Of a stretch of DNA of 64,000 nucleotides, positions 50,883-60,563 are shown in pieces. Below the pieces are notes generated by a model. The model was not told the DNA's origin and made no database searches. It saw only the letters and a program-made list of their open reading frames with translations. The position numbers and the translations under genes are program-made. Source of the DNA: Candidatus Gastranaerophilales bacterium (lineage in GTDB: Bacteria > Cyanobacteriota > Vampirovibrionia > Gastranaerophilales > Gastranaerophilaceae). The stretch's first letter is position 1; every line of letters begins with the position of its first letter. The DNA is taken from NCBI GenBank assembly GCA_928722015.1, contig CAKMWI010000008.1, forward strand, positions 212,837 to 276,836. Direction: 5' to 3'.

Positions 50883-53408
50883 ATGTGTTTTTATAATAAG
50901 TATCATGAAAGTTTGTTTAAATGTTCAAAACCATATCAATATGTAGGTGGTGAATTTTTATCCCGAAATAAGGATTTTGAGTCAGCAAAGGTTAAATTTG
51001 CTCTTGCTTTTCCTGATAAATACGAAATTGGTATTTCAAATTTAGGGGTCAGGGTATTATATGAATTGATTAATAATGTTCCGGAGTATATGTGTGATAG
51101 AGTGTATGCCCCAGAACCCGATTTCGTGCCTTATCCGTTGTATGCGCTGGAATCAAAGAAGGCTCTAAATGAGTTTGATGCAATTGGTTTTTCGCTTCAA
51201 TATGAAATGGCTTATCCTACAGTTTTAAAAATGCTTGAGATGTCGGGTATTCCTTACAGAAATGTTGACAGAGCCGATAGTGATCCTATAATTATAGCTG
51301 GCGGACCTTGTGCGTTTAATCCTCTTCCGCTTGCTGATTTTATTGATGTGTTTATGATTGGTGATGGTGAAGATTCAATTATAGAAACCTGTAATATTTT
51401 AGCTCAGACTAAAGGTTTATCGCGTCAAGAGAGAATTAAGGCTTTATGTGAAGGTGAAAATTCCGGCAGATGGTCAAAATTAATTGGTGGTAAAGTAAAA
51501 AAAAGAATTGCTCAATTAACTTATGATACTGCATTAAAATCCTATCCTATACCTTTTTCATCTTCAGTTCAAGATAGGGCTGTTGTTGAAATTAGGCGTG
51601 GATGCGGCAGAATGTGCAGATTTTGTCAACCGGGTCATGTTACTTTACCTATTCGAGAAAGAAGTGCTGAGGATATTATAAAGATAACAAAAGAATTGGT
51701 TAAAAATACCGGTTATGACGAATACTCTTTACTTTCGTTATCATCGAATGATTATGCAAATATAAACGAAGTAATAAAGGAGTTATCGGTAGATTTTAAT
51801 GATAAAAAAATATCAGTATCTCTTCCTAGTCAGAGAATAGACGGTTTTAATCTTGAACTTGCAAACTTAGTTCAAAGTGTTAGAAAATCAACAATGACTT
51901 TAGCGCCTGAGGCAGGCAGTCAAAGGCTTCGTGATGTTATAAAGAAAAATATTACAGAAGACCAAATACTAAATGCTATATTGACTTTGTATGAAAATGG
52001 TTGGTCAAGGGTAAAATTGTATTTTATTTGCGGACTTCCAACAGAGACTATTGACGATATGGAAGAAATGGCCGAATTATTCAGAAAAATTCGATATAGA
52101 GCACGTCAGATAAAAAAAGAAAAAGATTTGAAACACTCTTTGGATTTGACATGTACATTGTCAATATTTGTGCCTAAACCATTTACTCCATTCCAATGGT
52201 GTCCGCAAATGGATTTGGATGAGGTAACATCACATATTCATTATCTAATGGAGCAGGTAAAACATATTAAAGGAGTAAAGGTTAATTATCATGAAAAGTA
52301 TGTATCTTTACTTGAAGCAGTTTTGACACGTGGTGATGATTCTTTATGCAAATATGTTGAAGCTTTATACAAAAAAGGTTGCTATTTAGATGCTTGGGGT
52401 GAATATTTTGATAAAAACCTTTGGTTTGCTACGGCGGAGGAACTGGGAATTAATTTAAACGAGCTTGCGCAAACTCAATATTCAATTAATGATACCCTTC
52501 CTTGGGATTTTATAGACGTTGGTATAAATAAAGATTGGTTTGTTGATGAGTATAAGAAAGCTTATTCTGTAAGTGCAACCTCTGAGCACATTGTTCCTAC
52601 TTGTCAGCATAAATGTGTAAATTGTGGAGTATGTACTAATTTTAAAACTCACAAGGTTATGGATAAACCTTTTGTAGCGAGTGCTGAAGCCCAAATTTTG
52701 GCCGGTGCTGAGCACATTGATCCATCTATTTGTCCTAAAGATATTAAAGAAACTTATCGGTATAGAATAAAATTGACTAAAACAGGTATTTTGAAATACT
52801 TTTCTCATCTTGATTGGCAAAATACTTTTTTCAAGGCTATAACCAGATCTGAGCTAAAGGTAGCTTTTTCTTACGGATATAATCCTACTATGAAAATTTC
52901 AATGGGTGTAGCATTGCCTTTATTCTGTGAAAGTACAACAGAACTTGTTGATATTGAATTATTAGAAAATGTTAGTCCTGATTTTGTTCAGTTTGAGTTG
53001 CAGAGGGTGCTGCCGAATGATTCAGACGTGATATGGGTTAAACAAATTGATAAATCGGCTGCTTCTATAGATCAAACCGTTTGTTGGGCAGAATATAAAG
53101 TAAAAATATTTAATTCTGCACTTTACGATTTTAATAAATTAGTATATAATACAGAAAAGGTTTTATCTTCTGATGAAATTTTAATCGAGAAGAAAAACAA
53201 AAAAGGTTTAGTAAAAACAGTAAACATACGAACTTCAATTGGTTCACATCGTTTTGAAGATGATTGTTTATTTATAGTATTAAAGACCGGCCAAGGGTCT
53301 GAGATCCCTCCTTTAAGAGCTGATGTTTTGATGAACATTATTGCACCGGATGTTGTTTTCGATATTACGCGTGTCAAGTTCTTAACCGAGTCTTTGCATG
53401 AGTTATAG
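50883..53408 (+). CDS. Radical SAM protein of TIGR03960 type fused to a TIGR03936 (DUF2344)-type C-terminal domain
   Basis: N-terminal PYQYVGGEFLSRNKDF...FALAFPDKYEIGISNLGVRVLYE. Radical SAM motif CGRMCRFCQPGHV. The C-terminal ~250 aa (ILKYFSHLDWQNTFFKAITRSELKVAFSYGYNPTMKISMG...) resemble DUF2344. Confidence 0.75.
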   Translation: MCFYNKYHESLFKCSKPYQYVGGEFLSRNKDFESAKVKFALAFPDKYEIGISNLGVRVLYELINNVPEYMCDRVYAPEPDFVPYPLYALESKKALNEFDAIGFSLQYEMAYPTVLKMLEMSGIPYRNVDRADSDPIIIAGGPCAFNPLPLADFIDVFMIGDGEDSIIETCNILAQTKGLSRQERIKALCEGENSGRWSKLIGGKVKKRIAQLTYDTALKSYPIPFSSSVQDRAVVEIRRGCGRMCRFCQPGHVTLPIRERSAEDIIKITKELVKNTGYDEYSLLSLSSNDYANINEVIKELSVDFNDKKISVSLPSQRIDGFNLELANLVQSVRKSTMTLAPEAGSQRLRDVIKKNITEDQILNAILTLYENGWSRVKLYFICGLPTETIDDMEEMAELFRKIRYRARQIKKEKDLKHSLDLTCTLSIFVPKPFTPFQWCPQMDLDEVTSHIHYLMEQVKHIKGVKVNYHEKYVSLLEAVLTRGDDSLCKYVEALYKKGCYLDAWGEYFDKNLWFATAEELGINLNELAQTQYSINDTLPWDFIDVGINKDWFVDEYKKAYSVSATSEHIVPTCQHKCVNCGVCTNFKTHKVMDKPFVASAEAQILAGAEHIDPSICPKDIKETYRYRIKLTKTGILKYFSHLDWQNTFFKAITRSELKVAFSYGYNPTMKISMGVALPLFCESTTELVDIELLENVSPDFVQFELQRVLPNDSDVIWVKQIDKSAASIDQTVCWAEYKVKIFNSALYDFNKLVYNTEKVLSSDEILIEKKNKKGLVKTVNIRTSIGSHRFEDDCLFIVLKTGQGSEIPPLRADVLMNIIAPDVVFDITRVKFLTESLHEL

Positions 53409-53421
53409 TAAAGGAATTTGT

Positions 53422-55329
53422 ATGAGCGACAAAAACAGAAATACCAACCAAAGTGTTGAGAAAAAAATTGTTATTGCAGAAAGAGATAATATTGCTGCAG
53501 TTTTAGAAAATAAAAAAGTTACCGATTTTTTTATACATCGTGGTGAAGTTTTACTGGGAGATGTATATCTTGCGACTGTAGATAATATTCTTCCAAGTAT
53601 AGATGCGGCATTTGTGAATGTCGGTACTGATAAAATGGGCTTTTTACATGCTCAAGATGTAATGGGTAAAGGTACTCTGAAAGAAAAATTATCACCAAAA
53701 CAGAAGCTTGTAGTTCAAGTAGTAAAAGAGCCTACCGGTCATAAAGGGCCAAGAGTTACTACTGAAATAAGTTTGCCTGGCAGATTTTTAGTTCTTATGC
53801 CTAACGAGCCTGGTGTGAGTGTTAGTAAAAAAATTGAAAATTCAAAGGAACGAGCACGACTAAAAGCTATTATAAATTTAATAAAACCTGTTGGAGTTGG
53901 TGTTATTATTAGAACTGAGGCAGAAGGTCAATCAGAAGCTGATATTCAAGAAGATTTAGAAATCTTATTAGAAAAATGGAATAATATTATTACTTCTGCT
54001 GAAACTCTGACTCCTCCAAATTTAATATACAGAGATCAAGATTTGTTATACCGAGTTATAAGAGAAGCTTGTACTGATGATGTCAAGGAAATTATTGTTG
54101 ATACTCCGTTTGCGTTAAATCGTGTTCAGACAATTCTTCAAAATTGGCATATTTCAAAAGGCGTGCAAGTTACCTTATATAAAGGTACGGAACCGCTTCT
54201 TATTGCAATGGATATTCACAAAGAAATAAAGGCTGCGCTTAATGTTAAAGTTAATATGCCATCAGGTGGATATCTATTTATACAACAAACAGAAGCTTTG
54301 ACTGTTATTGATGTTAACAGTGGGAAATTTATAAGCTCTGCAACTCAGGATGAAACTATTTTAAAAACAAATATAGAGGCTGTTCATGAAATTGCTCGCC
54401 AGTTGCGCCTAAGAAATATTGGCGGTATGGTTATTGTTGATTTTATTGATATGATGTCAAGGGCAGATAAGCTTGCAATGATGGAAGAATTAGAAATTGC
54501 TTTAGAGCCTGATAAAGCAAAACCTCAAATTGGGCAGTTGTCTGATTTAGGACTTGTTGAATTGACCAGACATCGTCAAGGACAGTCTTTATCTGAAATA
54601 TTTACAAAAAAATGTCCACACTGTCAGGGTAGTGGGTATTCAATGGTTGAGTTTAATTTTGCTACACCGACTGCTGAGGGTGAATACCGTGCTAAGGCTG
54701 CAAAATTAAAATTACCGACTGGTAATTTCAAAAAGAATAATAAATTCAATAATAAAAATGTTCAACCGCAGCCTGCGCAAACTGATGTTGCTCAGGAACA
54801 ACCTCAAAAGCTTGCAATTGAGACAGAACCGTCAGTGGTTGCAGCTGAAGAAATTATTAAAAAAGAAAATAATAAGCGAAATAGAGGTAAAAAGAATAAA
54901 TTTGATAAGGCTAAAGTTCAGCAGGATGAACAACAAGAAAATATTACTCAATCTTCAGTTTCAGCAGAAGAGAATAAGATTGCTGAAAATCTTGTACCAC
55001 AAGATGTTGCTGAGCATATACAGACAGATGTTACTCAAAATGTAGAGATTCCTGTTTCAGAAGAGCCTGAAATTGTTCAGCCTGAACCAAAAATTAAAGG
55101 TAAATCTAGAAAAAGAAGGGCAGCTAAAAAATCTACTGAATCGGTAGAGGAAAATATGCAACCACAAGTTGAAGAATCAAATATTGAACTGCCTAAGACT
55201 GAAATAGAAGATGTTCAAGAAGCTCCTGTTGCTGATGAAACACCTAAAAAGAGATCAAGACGTCCTAACCGTGGAGCGTCAAAGGCTTCTCGCAGAACAA
55301 AGAAATCTGGTGAGGTAAGTGAAGAATAA
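53422..55329 (+). CDS. rne: Rne/Rng-family ribonuclease (RNase E/G) with Lys/Arg-rich C-terminal tail
   Basis: S1 domain (GDVYLATVDNILPSIDAAFVNVG). DNase-I-like catalytic region TVIDVNSGKF. VIVDFIDM. Zn-link CPHCQGSG. The C-terminal 180 aa are highly charged (KKRSRRPNRGASKASRR). The start ATG at 53422 follows AAAGGA. Confidence 0.85.
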   Translation: MSDKNRNTNQSVEKKIVIAERDNIAAVLENKKVTDFFIHRGEVLLGDVYLATVDNILPSIDAAFVNVGTDKMGFLHAQDVMGKGTLKEKLSPKQKLVVQVVKEPTGHKGPRVTTEISLPGRFLVLMPNEPGVSVSKKIENSKERARLKAIINLIKPVGVGVIIRTEAEGQSEADIQEDLEILLEKWNNIITSAETLTPPNLIYRDQDLLYRVIREACTDDVKEIIVDTPFALNRVQTILQNWHISKGVQVTLYKGTEPLLIAMDIHKEIKAALNVKVNMPSGGYLFIQQTEALTVIDVNSGKFISSATQDETILKTNIEAVHEIARQLRLRNIGGMVIVDFIDMMSRADKLAMMEELEIALEPDKAKPQIGQLSDLGLVELTRHRQGQSLSEIFTKKCPHCQGSGYSMVEFNFATPTAEGEYRAKAAKLKLPTGNFKKNNKFNNKNVQPQPAQTDVAQEQPQKLAIETEPSVVAAEEIIKKENNKRNRGKKNKFDKAKVQQDEQQENITQSSVSAEENKIAENLVPQDVAEHIQTDVTQNVEIPVSEEPEIVQPEPKIKGKSRKRRAAKKSTESVEENMQPQVEESNIELPKTEIEDVQEAPVADETPKKRSRRPNRGASKASRRTKKSGEVSEE

Positions 55330-55624
55330 GTTTTATAATAGTATAGGATATGCAATGTTAGTAATGCTGTTATGCACTACTAACATTGCTTTTGCTAATA
55401 ATTCTAATATTGCTGTGATAAAGCCGATTGCAGTTAAGTTCCTCCTAGTGATGATAGCCGTTGTGTTATGTTCCGTTTTGATGTTTGTTGGGTTATCTTT
55501 GTATAACAGATTTTTTGTTGCTGCTCAAATTAAGGATTTTAAGTTGAGCAAGGATTCTTTGAGGACTCCTAAAGATTGTGATGATGCTATTATGATGTTT
55601 ATTACTAAAAACAGGTTAAAATAA
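55319..55624 (+). CDS. Small membrane protein, function unknown
   Basis: 101 aa with a signal-like N-terminus and a second TM. Confidence 0.35.
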   Translation: MKNKFYNSIGYAMLVMLLCTTNIAFANNSNIAVIKPIAVKFLLVMIAVVLCSVLMFVGLSLYNRFFVAAQIKDFKLSKDSLRTPKDCDDAIMMFITKNRLK

Positions 55625-55627
55625 ATT

Positions 55628-55849
55628 ATGAAGTATGCATTCGGAGTATTAGAGCTAGTAATTGTTATTGTTGTCATTACAATTTTATATTTTACTTGTT
55701 TCCATTCAAATTACGGCAGATCAAATCCGTTTGATGATAATTCAAGAGTAAATACTCAATCGCAGCTTATTGATGATAAAATTAAGGATATAGAGTCTAC
55801 CAAGGCATTAAAAGATAAAATTGAAAAAAATCTAAGAGAAGGAAATTAA
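55628..55849 (+). CDS. Small protein with prepilin-like N-terminal hydrophobic segment (possible pseudopilin fragment)
   Basis: MKYAFGVLELVIVIVVITILYF loosely resembles the type IV pilin GFTL(I)E + hydrophobic helix. 73 aa. Confidence 0.3.
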   Translation: MKYAFGVLELVIVIVVITILYFTCFHSNYGRSNPFDDNSRVNTQSQLIDDKIKDIESTKALKDKIEKNLREGN

Positions 55850-56518
55850 ATGAAAAAATCAACTTTATTTGATATTATATCTCCGGTGATGATTGGTCCA
55901 TCCAGTTCACACACTGCAGGAGCTGTCAGACTTGGTTTATTGGCAAGGAATATTTATAAAAATACTCCTACAAAAGTTCTTTTTCGATTGTATAATTCGT
56001 ATGCACATACAGGAAAAGGTCATGGTACGGAAAAAGGTTTGCTTGCCGGTGTTTTAGGCTTGCCCGTTGATGATAGAAGAATTCGAAATATATTCGAATC
56101 TGAACTGGCTAAATCTATTGATTATAAGTTTGAATATTATGATAATTTTAAATTGCATCCAAATGCTGTAGATATTATATTTAGTGGTGAACATAAAATG
56201 TCTATATCCGGGGAATCGGTTGGAGCAGGGGAAATTGCAATTAGAAAAATTAATGATTTTAATGTAAAGTTAACAGGTAGGTATAATACGGTATTACTTG
56301 TTTATAAAGACATGCCTGGAATGATATCACAGGTAACTTCACTTTTACAGTATCATAATATAAATATTGCGTCTTTAAATTGTGATAGAAGTGCAAAAGG
56401 TAAAGAAGCATCAATGATTATAAGTATAGATGGTCATATAGATACTACCGTTGTGGAAACTATAGAAGAAATTCCGGATGTTTATTTTGTCAGTTACATA
56501 GAAAAGTTGGAAAATTAA
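55850..56518 (+). CDS. sdaAB: L-serine dehydratase, Fe-S dependent, beta subunit
   Basis: LFDIISPVMIGPSSSHTAGAVRLG is the SdaAB N-terminal signature. A C-terminal ACT-like domain is present. Confidence 0.85.
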   Translation: MKKSTLFDIISPVMIGPSSSHTAGAVRLGLLARNIYKNTPTKVLFRLYNSYAHTGKGHGTEKGLLAGVLGLPVDDRRIRNIFESELAKSIDYKFEYYDNFKLHPNAVDIIFSGEHKMSISGESVGAGEIAIRKINDFNVKLTGRYNTVLLVYKDMPGMISQVTSLLQYHNINIASLNCDRSAKGKEASMIISIDGHIDTTVVETIEEIPDVYFVSYIEKLEN

Positions 56519-56520
56519 TA

Positions 56521-57408
56521 ATGGATACAAGTATAAATACTTTTGAACAATTACAAGATATGTGTATATCACATAATAAAAAAATATACGAAATTGCACA
56601 GGAAAATATGGCAAAAGAATCTGATATAACGGTTGAACAAGTCAGATGTTTTGTCAACAGAAGCCTTTATGCAATGAAAGATGCAATACAGTCTGGTTTG
56701 GCCAGTAAAGAGCTTTCTATGAGCGGGATGTGTGGCCAAGATTGCTATAAAGTGCAAAAAAGATATAAAGTTGAGCGCTCAATTTTAGGACCTGTATGCG
56801 AAAAAATTTTAGAATATGCACTTGCAACAAGTGAAGAAAATATACGTATGGGAAAAATTGTTGCTTGTCCTACTGCCGGTTCATGCGGGATTCTTCCTGC
56901 TGCTCTTGTTGCTGTTAGTGAGGCATTTAATCATTCTGAAAGAGAACAGTTGAATGCATTGATTACTGCTGGTGAAATTGGTAGAATTATTTCTATAAAG
57001 GTTTCTCTGGCAGGTGCTGTAGCCGGTTGTCAAGCTGAATGTGGGGTGGCTTCAGCTATGAGTGCTGCCGCAGTTTGTCAACTTAGAGGCGGTACAATAT
57101 CTCAAATATTAAATGCTGCGGCGCTGGCAATGAAAAATTTATTGGGTTTGACTTGCGATCCTGTAGCAGGGTTGGTTGAGGTTCCTTGTGTAAAGCGAAA
57201 TCCGTTTTTGGCGGTTCATGCTATCACGGCTGTTGAGCTTGCTCTTGCTGGTGTTGAGTCTAAAATTCCATTTGATGAAATTATTGATGCTATGGAACAA
57301 ACCGGTGCCTTGATGTCTCCTACCTTAAAAGAAAGTTCACAAGCAGGTTTGGCTGCTACGAAAACTGCATTGGAAATACAGAAACAAGTTTTTGGTACAA
57401 ATTACTAA
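56521..57408 (+). CDS. sdaAA: L-serine dehydratase, Fe-S dependent, alpha subunit
   Basis: VACPTAGSCGILPAALV...GAVAGCQAECGVASAM...TCDPVAGLVEVPCVKRN are SdaAA cluster-ligand motifs. Confidence 0.85.
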   Translation: MDTSINTFEQLQDMCISHNKKIYEIAQENMAKESDITVEQVRCFVNRSLYAMKDAIQSGLASKELSMSGMCGQDCYKVQKRYKVERSILGPVCEKILEYALATSEENIRMGKIVACPTAGSCGILPAALVAVSEAFNHSEREQLNALITAGEIGRIISIKVSLAGAVAGCQAECGVASAMSAAAVCQLRGGTISQILNAAALAMKNLLGLTCDPVAGLVEVPCVKRNPFLAVHAITAVELALAGVESKIPFDEIIDAMEQTGALMSPTLKESSQAGLAATKTALEIQKQVFGTNY

Positions 57409-57418
57409 AGTGTGTAAA

Positions 57419-57447
57419 TTGAAAGCTCCCAATTTATTGGGAGCTAT
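57419..57447 (+). terminator. Intrinsic terminator after sdaAA
   Basis: The stem GCTCCCAAT / ATTGGGAGC has loop TTA. It is followed by TATTT. Confidence 0.65.
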
Positions 57448-57490
57448 TTAGCGCATATAGTATATAAGAAGGATGAGGAAAACTTTAATT

Positions 57491-59023
57491 TTATTTTATA
57501 AATCCGACCGGATTTCTAGTTGATTTTTTATTCTGGGTTTTAAATTGCTCAATTGCGTTTAAAAAGTCTTGATGTGATATTTTTGCATCTTTCATAATGT
57601 TTTCATCAAATGTTCCATTATTCATTTTTTCATAGACTCCAAGGCGAGTCATCATATTTTCTCTGGCCTGCTTAGTAATATAAAGAATATCACTACCTAC
57701 AGCTTTGATATCATATAATTTATTTACTAATTCCTCTTTGTTGATGTCTTCAGCAAGGGGTTTGCCATTTGTATGGATATCTAATATTGCTTTTACTCCT
57801 TCTTTATCAGGAGGTCCCATGTAGATATGCTTACTTAGCCTTTCTGATCTTTTTAGCGCAGGATCAAGCATATCATATCTGTTTGTTAGACCAATAATAT
57901 ATACGTTATCCCCATTTTCATGTATATCTGTAATACATGTTAGCAGTTGATCAATTAATTTGTCTCCATAATTATCTCCACGCCCGCGAGAAGCTCCTAT
58001 AGCATCAATTTCGTCAATTACACCTATTGATGGTTGATTTTCTTTAAGCCCATCAAAAAAAGCTCTTACGTTACCCTCAGATTCACCGACCCATTTTGAC
58101 TGAAAAGCTGTGCCGCTTATATATGAGCTGTTTACATTTGCCTCATTGGCAAGGGCTCTGCAGATTGCTGTTTTACCGGTTCCAGCCGGACCATGTAATA
58201 TAAATCCTCTGGTAATATCCTCAGGTGCAAATGCTGAAGGATATTTTATTGGAAACAGTATACTCTTTTTTAATTCTTCGATGGCTTTATCCTGACCGCC
58301 AATCTTTGAAAATGTTAATTTAGCTACAGGGGTTTGGGCCTGTAAAATTTTTTTAGAAATAGTTCTTTTGTTTAATTTAGCAAGTTCTTGTTGTACTTCT
58401 TCTGAAAAATCCAAAACCTTAGAAAAGCCAGCTTTCATTGCGCTTAGGTCATGTTTTGGTTTATCTTTTATGTGCAAAACATCATTTGCTATTTGAATAG
58501 TGTCATTGTTTACTATATAAAAACTATCTCCTGGATCCAAGTAATATTGGCGTCCACCGGTTATCAATGATAATTTTTTATCATTGATGTTCAACAGTTC
58601 GATGTCTCCCATCGAATTTTTGATAAATGCATAATTTCGTTCCAGTGAACTTTCTGGCATAAATATTTCTTTTTTTATAGCTTGGGCAAGTTTTTTCAAA
58701 TTTTTATGCAGTGAAATTTGTGCTTGATTAAAGTCTTTACCAAGAACAATAATTTCGCCATGTTTTAAGGTTTGAAATAAACTGGCCAATCTCTCTTCTA
58801 CCGGGAATTGGTGCAATAATGCTATTGCAGCTTTGTTGACATCATTTGGGTTTGCTCCAAATGATATACTTTTTTTATTTATCAAATCTTTGCCATAGCT
58901 GTAATTTGAGATTTCAGTTATTTGTTTGGCAGTTGTTTGCACTTGCATGTGTGGGGTTATTGTATTATTTGCTGATTTATTGTAATTTACATGTTCTACT
59001 ATGTTGATTTTTGATATTTGCAT
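57491..59023 (-). CDS. AAA+ ATPase (single classic AAA module, CDC48/FtsH-like) with ~230-aa unrecognised N-terminal domain
   Basis: Walker A GPAGTGKT. Walker B VIDEIDAIG. SRH-like LTNRYDMLDPALKRSER. The N-terminal half has no recognisable motif. Confidence 0.75.
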   Translation of the reverse strand: MQISKINIVEHVNYNKSANNTITPHMQVQTTAKQITEISNYSYGKDLINKKSISFGANPNDVNKAAIALLHQFPVEERLASLFQTLKHGEIIVLGKDFNQAQISLHKNLKKLAQAIKKEIFMPESSLERNYAFIKNSMGDIELLNINDKKLSLITGGRQYYLDPGDSFYIVNNDTIQIANDVLHIKDKPKHDLSAMKAGFSKVLDFSEEVQQELAKLNKRTISKKILQAQTPVAKLTFSKIGGQDKAIEELKKSILFPIKYPSAFAPEDITRGFILHGPAGTGKTAICRALANEANVNSSYISGTAFQSKWVGESEGNVRAFFDGLKENQPSIGVIDEIDAIGASRGRGDNYGDKLIDQLLTCITDIHENGDNVYIIGLTNRYDMLDPALKRSERLSKHIYMGPPDKEGVKAILDIHTNGKPLAEDINKEELVNKLYDIKAVGSDILYITKQARENMMTRLGVYEKMNNGTFDENIMKDAKISHQDFLNAIEQFKTQNKKSTRNPVGFIK

Positions 59024-59476
59024 TCTCTTATTACCTCAAAGTCTGTTTTGCTCCTAGAGATTATTAACTAACAAGAAATAATAACCCTACTACATACTAC
59101 TTATGTAGTAGAATATCTTTTTTTATTACTTTTGTCAAGCTAATCAGGTAGATTAAAAATAGATAATATCTGCTTTATGTTTATAATGCTACAATAATAG
59201 TAGTTTATACACTAATTGCAACTTTACAATTTGTAATAATTATTCCCTGAAGTTATTTTATGTGTTATTGAAATATCTATTAATTAATTTAGTGTATCAG
59301 CAATTGCAAAAAAAAAAATAAAAAAGACGATTATATAAATCGCCTTTTTTATTTACCACAGAATTTATGAGTTCAGAATTTGGTTGCTTGACAATATAGT
59401 GTAAATTTCTTGCAAGTACAAGTACAGGAAAATATTTTTGAAATATTTATGGTAATATAAAGAAAAAGGAGTTGAT

Positions 59477-59923
59477 ATGAAAAAGGTACTTACAATCCTG
59501 CTTATGTCTTTTATATTTCAAAGTTCTGTTTATGCTGATACTGTCATGAGCCGAGTAATGAATAGTTGGAAAGGAGAAAGTATTGATGTGGTAATAAAGC
59601 ATTGGGGGTATCCTAATGAAGAGAAAAACATTGCAGGTCATAAGTTGTTATACTGGTATCAGAACCAAAACCCTCAATATGTGCAAACTTCCGCTTATAC
59701 TGGAAGTATAACACAAAGTTACTGTACCAGAATTTTGGAGGTAAATGAACATAATATAGTAAGTTCATGGCAATATGAAGGTAATAGTTGCCCAAATTTT
59801 TATTTTACTAGTCAAAGTTGGGTAAATCCTAATAATGATCCTTGGCAAATAGAAAAATTACAAAGAAAATTACTAAAGCAAGAAAAAAAGAAACTAAATA
59901 ATGAGAAGCAAGATAAAATATGA
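59477..59923 (+). CDS. Small secreted protein, function unknown
   Basis: AAAGGAG RBS. Signal peptide MKKVLTILLMSFIFQSSVYA. 148 aa. Confidence 0.5.
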   Translation: MKKVLTILLMSFIFQSSVYADTVMSRVMNSWKGESIDVVIKHWGYPNEEKNIAGHKLLYWYQNQNPQYVQTSAYTGSITQSYCTRILEVNEHNIVSSWQYEGNSCPNFYFTSQSWVNPNNDPWQIEKLQRKLLKQEKKKLNNEKQDKI

Positions 59924-60087
59924 AAAACTGTTTCTGTGATAACAATTAAATAGATGCAATTTCTATTTATTCAGTAATTTGTATAAATGCCCTTTAAAAA
60001 TATTTTTCAGCACATCTATCATAACAGATAAACTCGTGCCAAAATATTTATTATCTATGTAAACAATATTTTTTTACGTACAATAAA

Positions 60088-60117
60088 AAAGGATAACAAT
60101 TTGTTATCCTTTTTTAT
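60088..60117. terminator. Bidirectional intrinsic terminator, immediately 3' of tRNA-Arg
   Basis: An A6 run, the stem GGATAAC / GTTATCC with a 5-nt loop, then a T6 run. Confidence 0.65.
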
Positions 60118-60118
60118 T

Positions 60119-60192
<74 letters not shown>

Positions 60193-60324
60193 CTATCTAT
60201 TTGTATCATTATATTATTAAAAACATAGAAATTTTTCAAGCCCGTTGGCAAAATAATTATAACTGGAATTATTATTAAGAAATAATTTAAAATTGTGCTT
60301 ATAATTTAATGTGGAGGTGGAAGA

Positions 60325-60522
60325 ATGAAACTAACACAGCGAGAAAAAGATGTATGCAAATGTTTAATAGAAGGTATGAGCAATCCCGAAATTGCAAGCC
60401 GTTTATATATAAGCAGGCATACTGTAAAATCATATTTAAGTCAAATTATGGCTAATGCAAAAGTTAAAAATCGTGTTCAATTGGCTTATATTTTAGGTAA
60501 AAATAATATTATAGATGTGTAA
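60325..60522 (+). CDS. LuxR/GerE-type helix-turn-helix transcriptional regulator (stand-alone DNA-binding domain)
   Basis: LTQREKDVCKCLIEGMSNPEIASRLYISRHTVKSYLSQIMANAKVKNRVQLAY is a LuxR C-terminal HTH. GGAGGTGGAAGA RBS. Confidence 0.8.
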   Translation: MKLTQREKDVCKCLIEGMSNPEIASRLYISRHTVKSYLSQIMANAKVKNRVQLAYILGKNNIIDV

Positions 60523-60563
60523 CATTTTTGCTCTATAAAAAAATGTGGTTTATAATTTTATAT

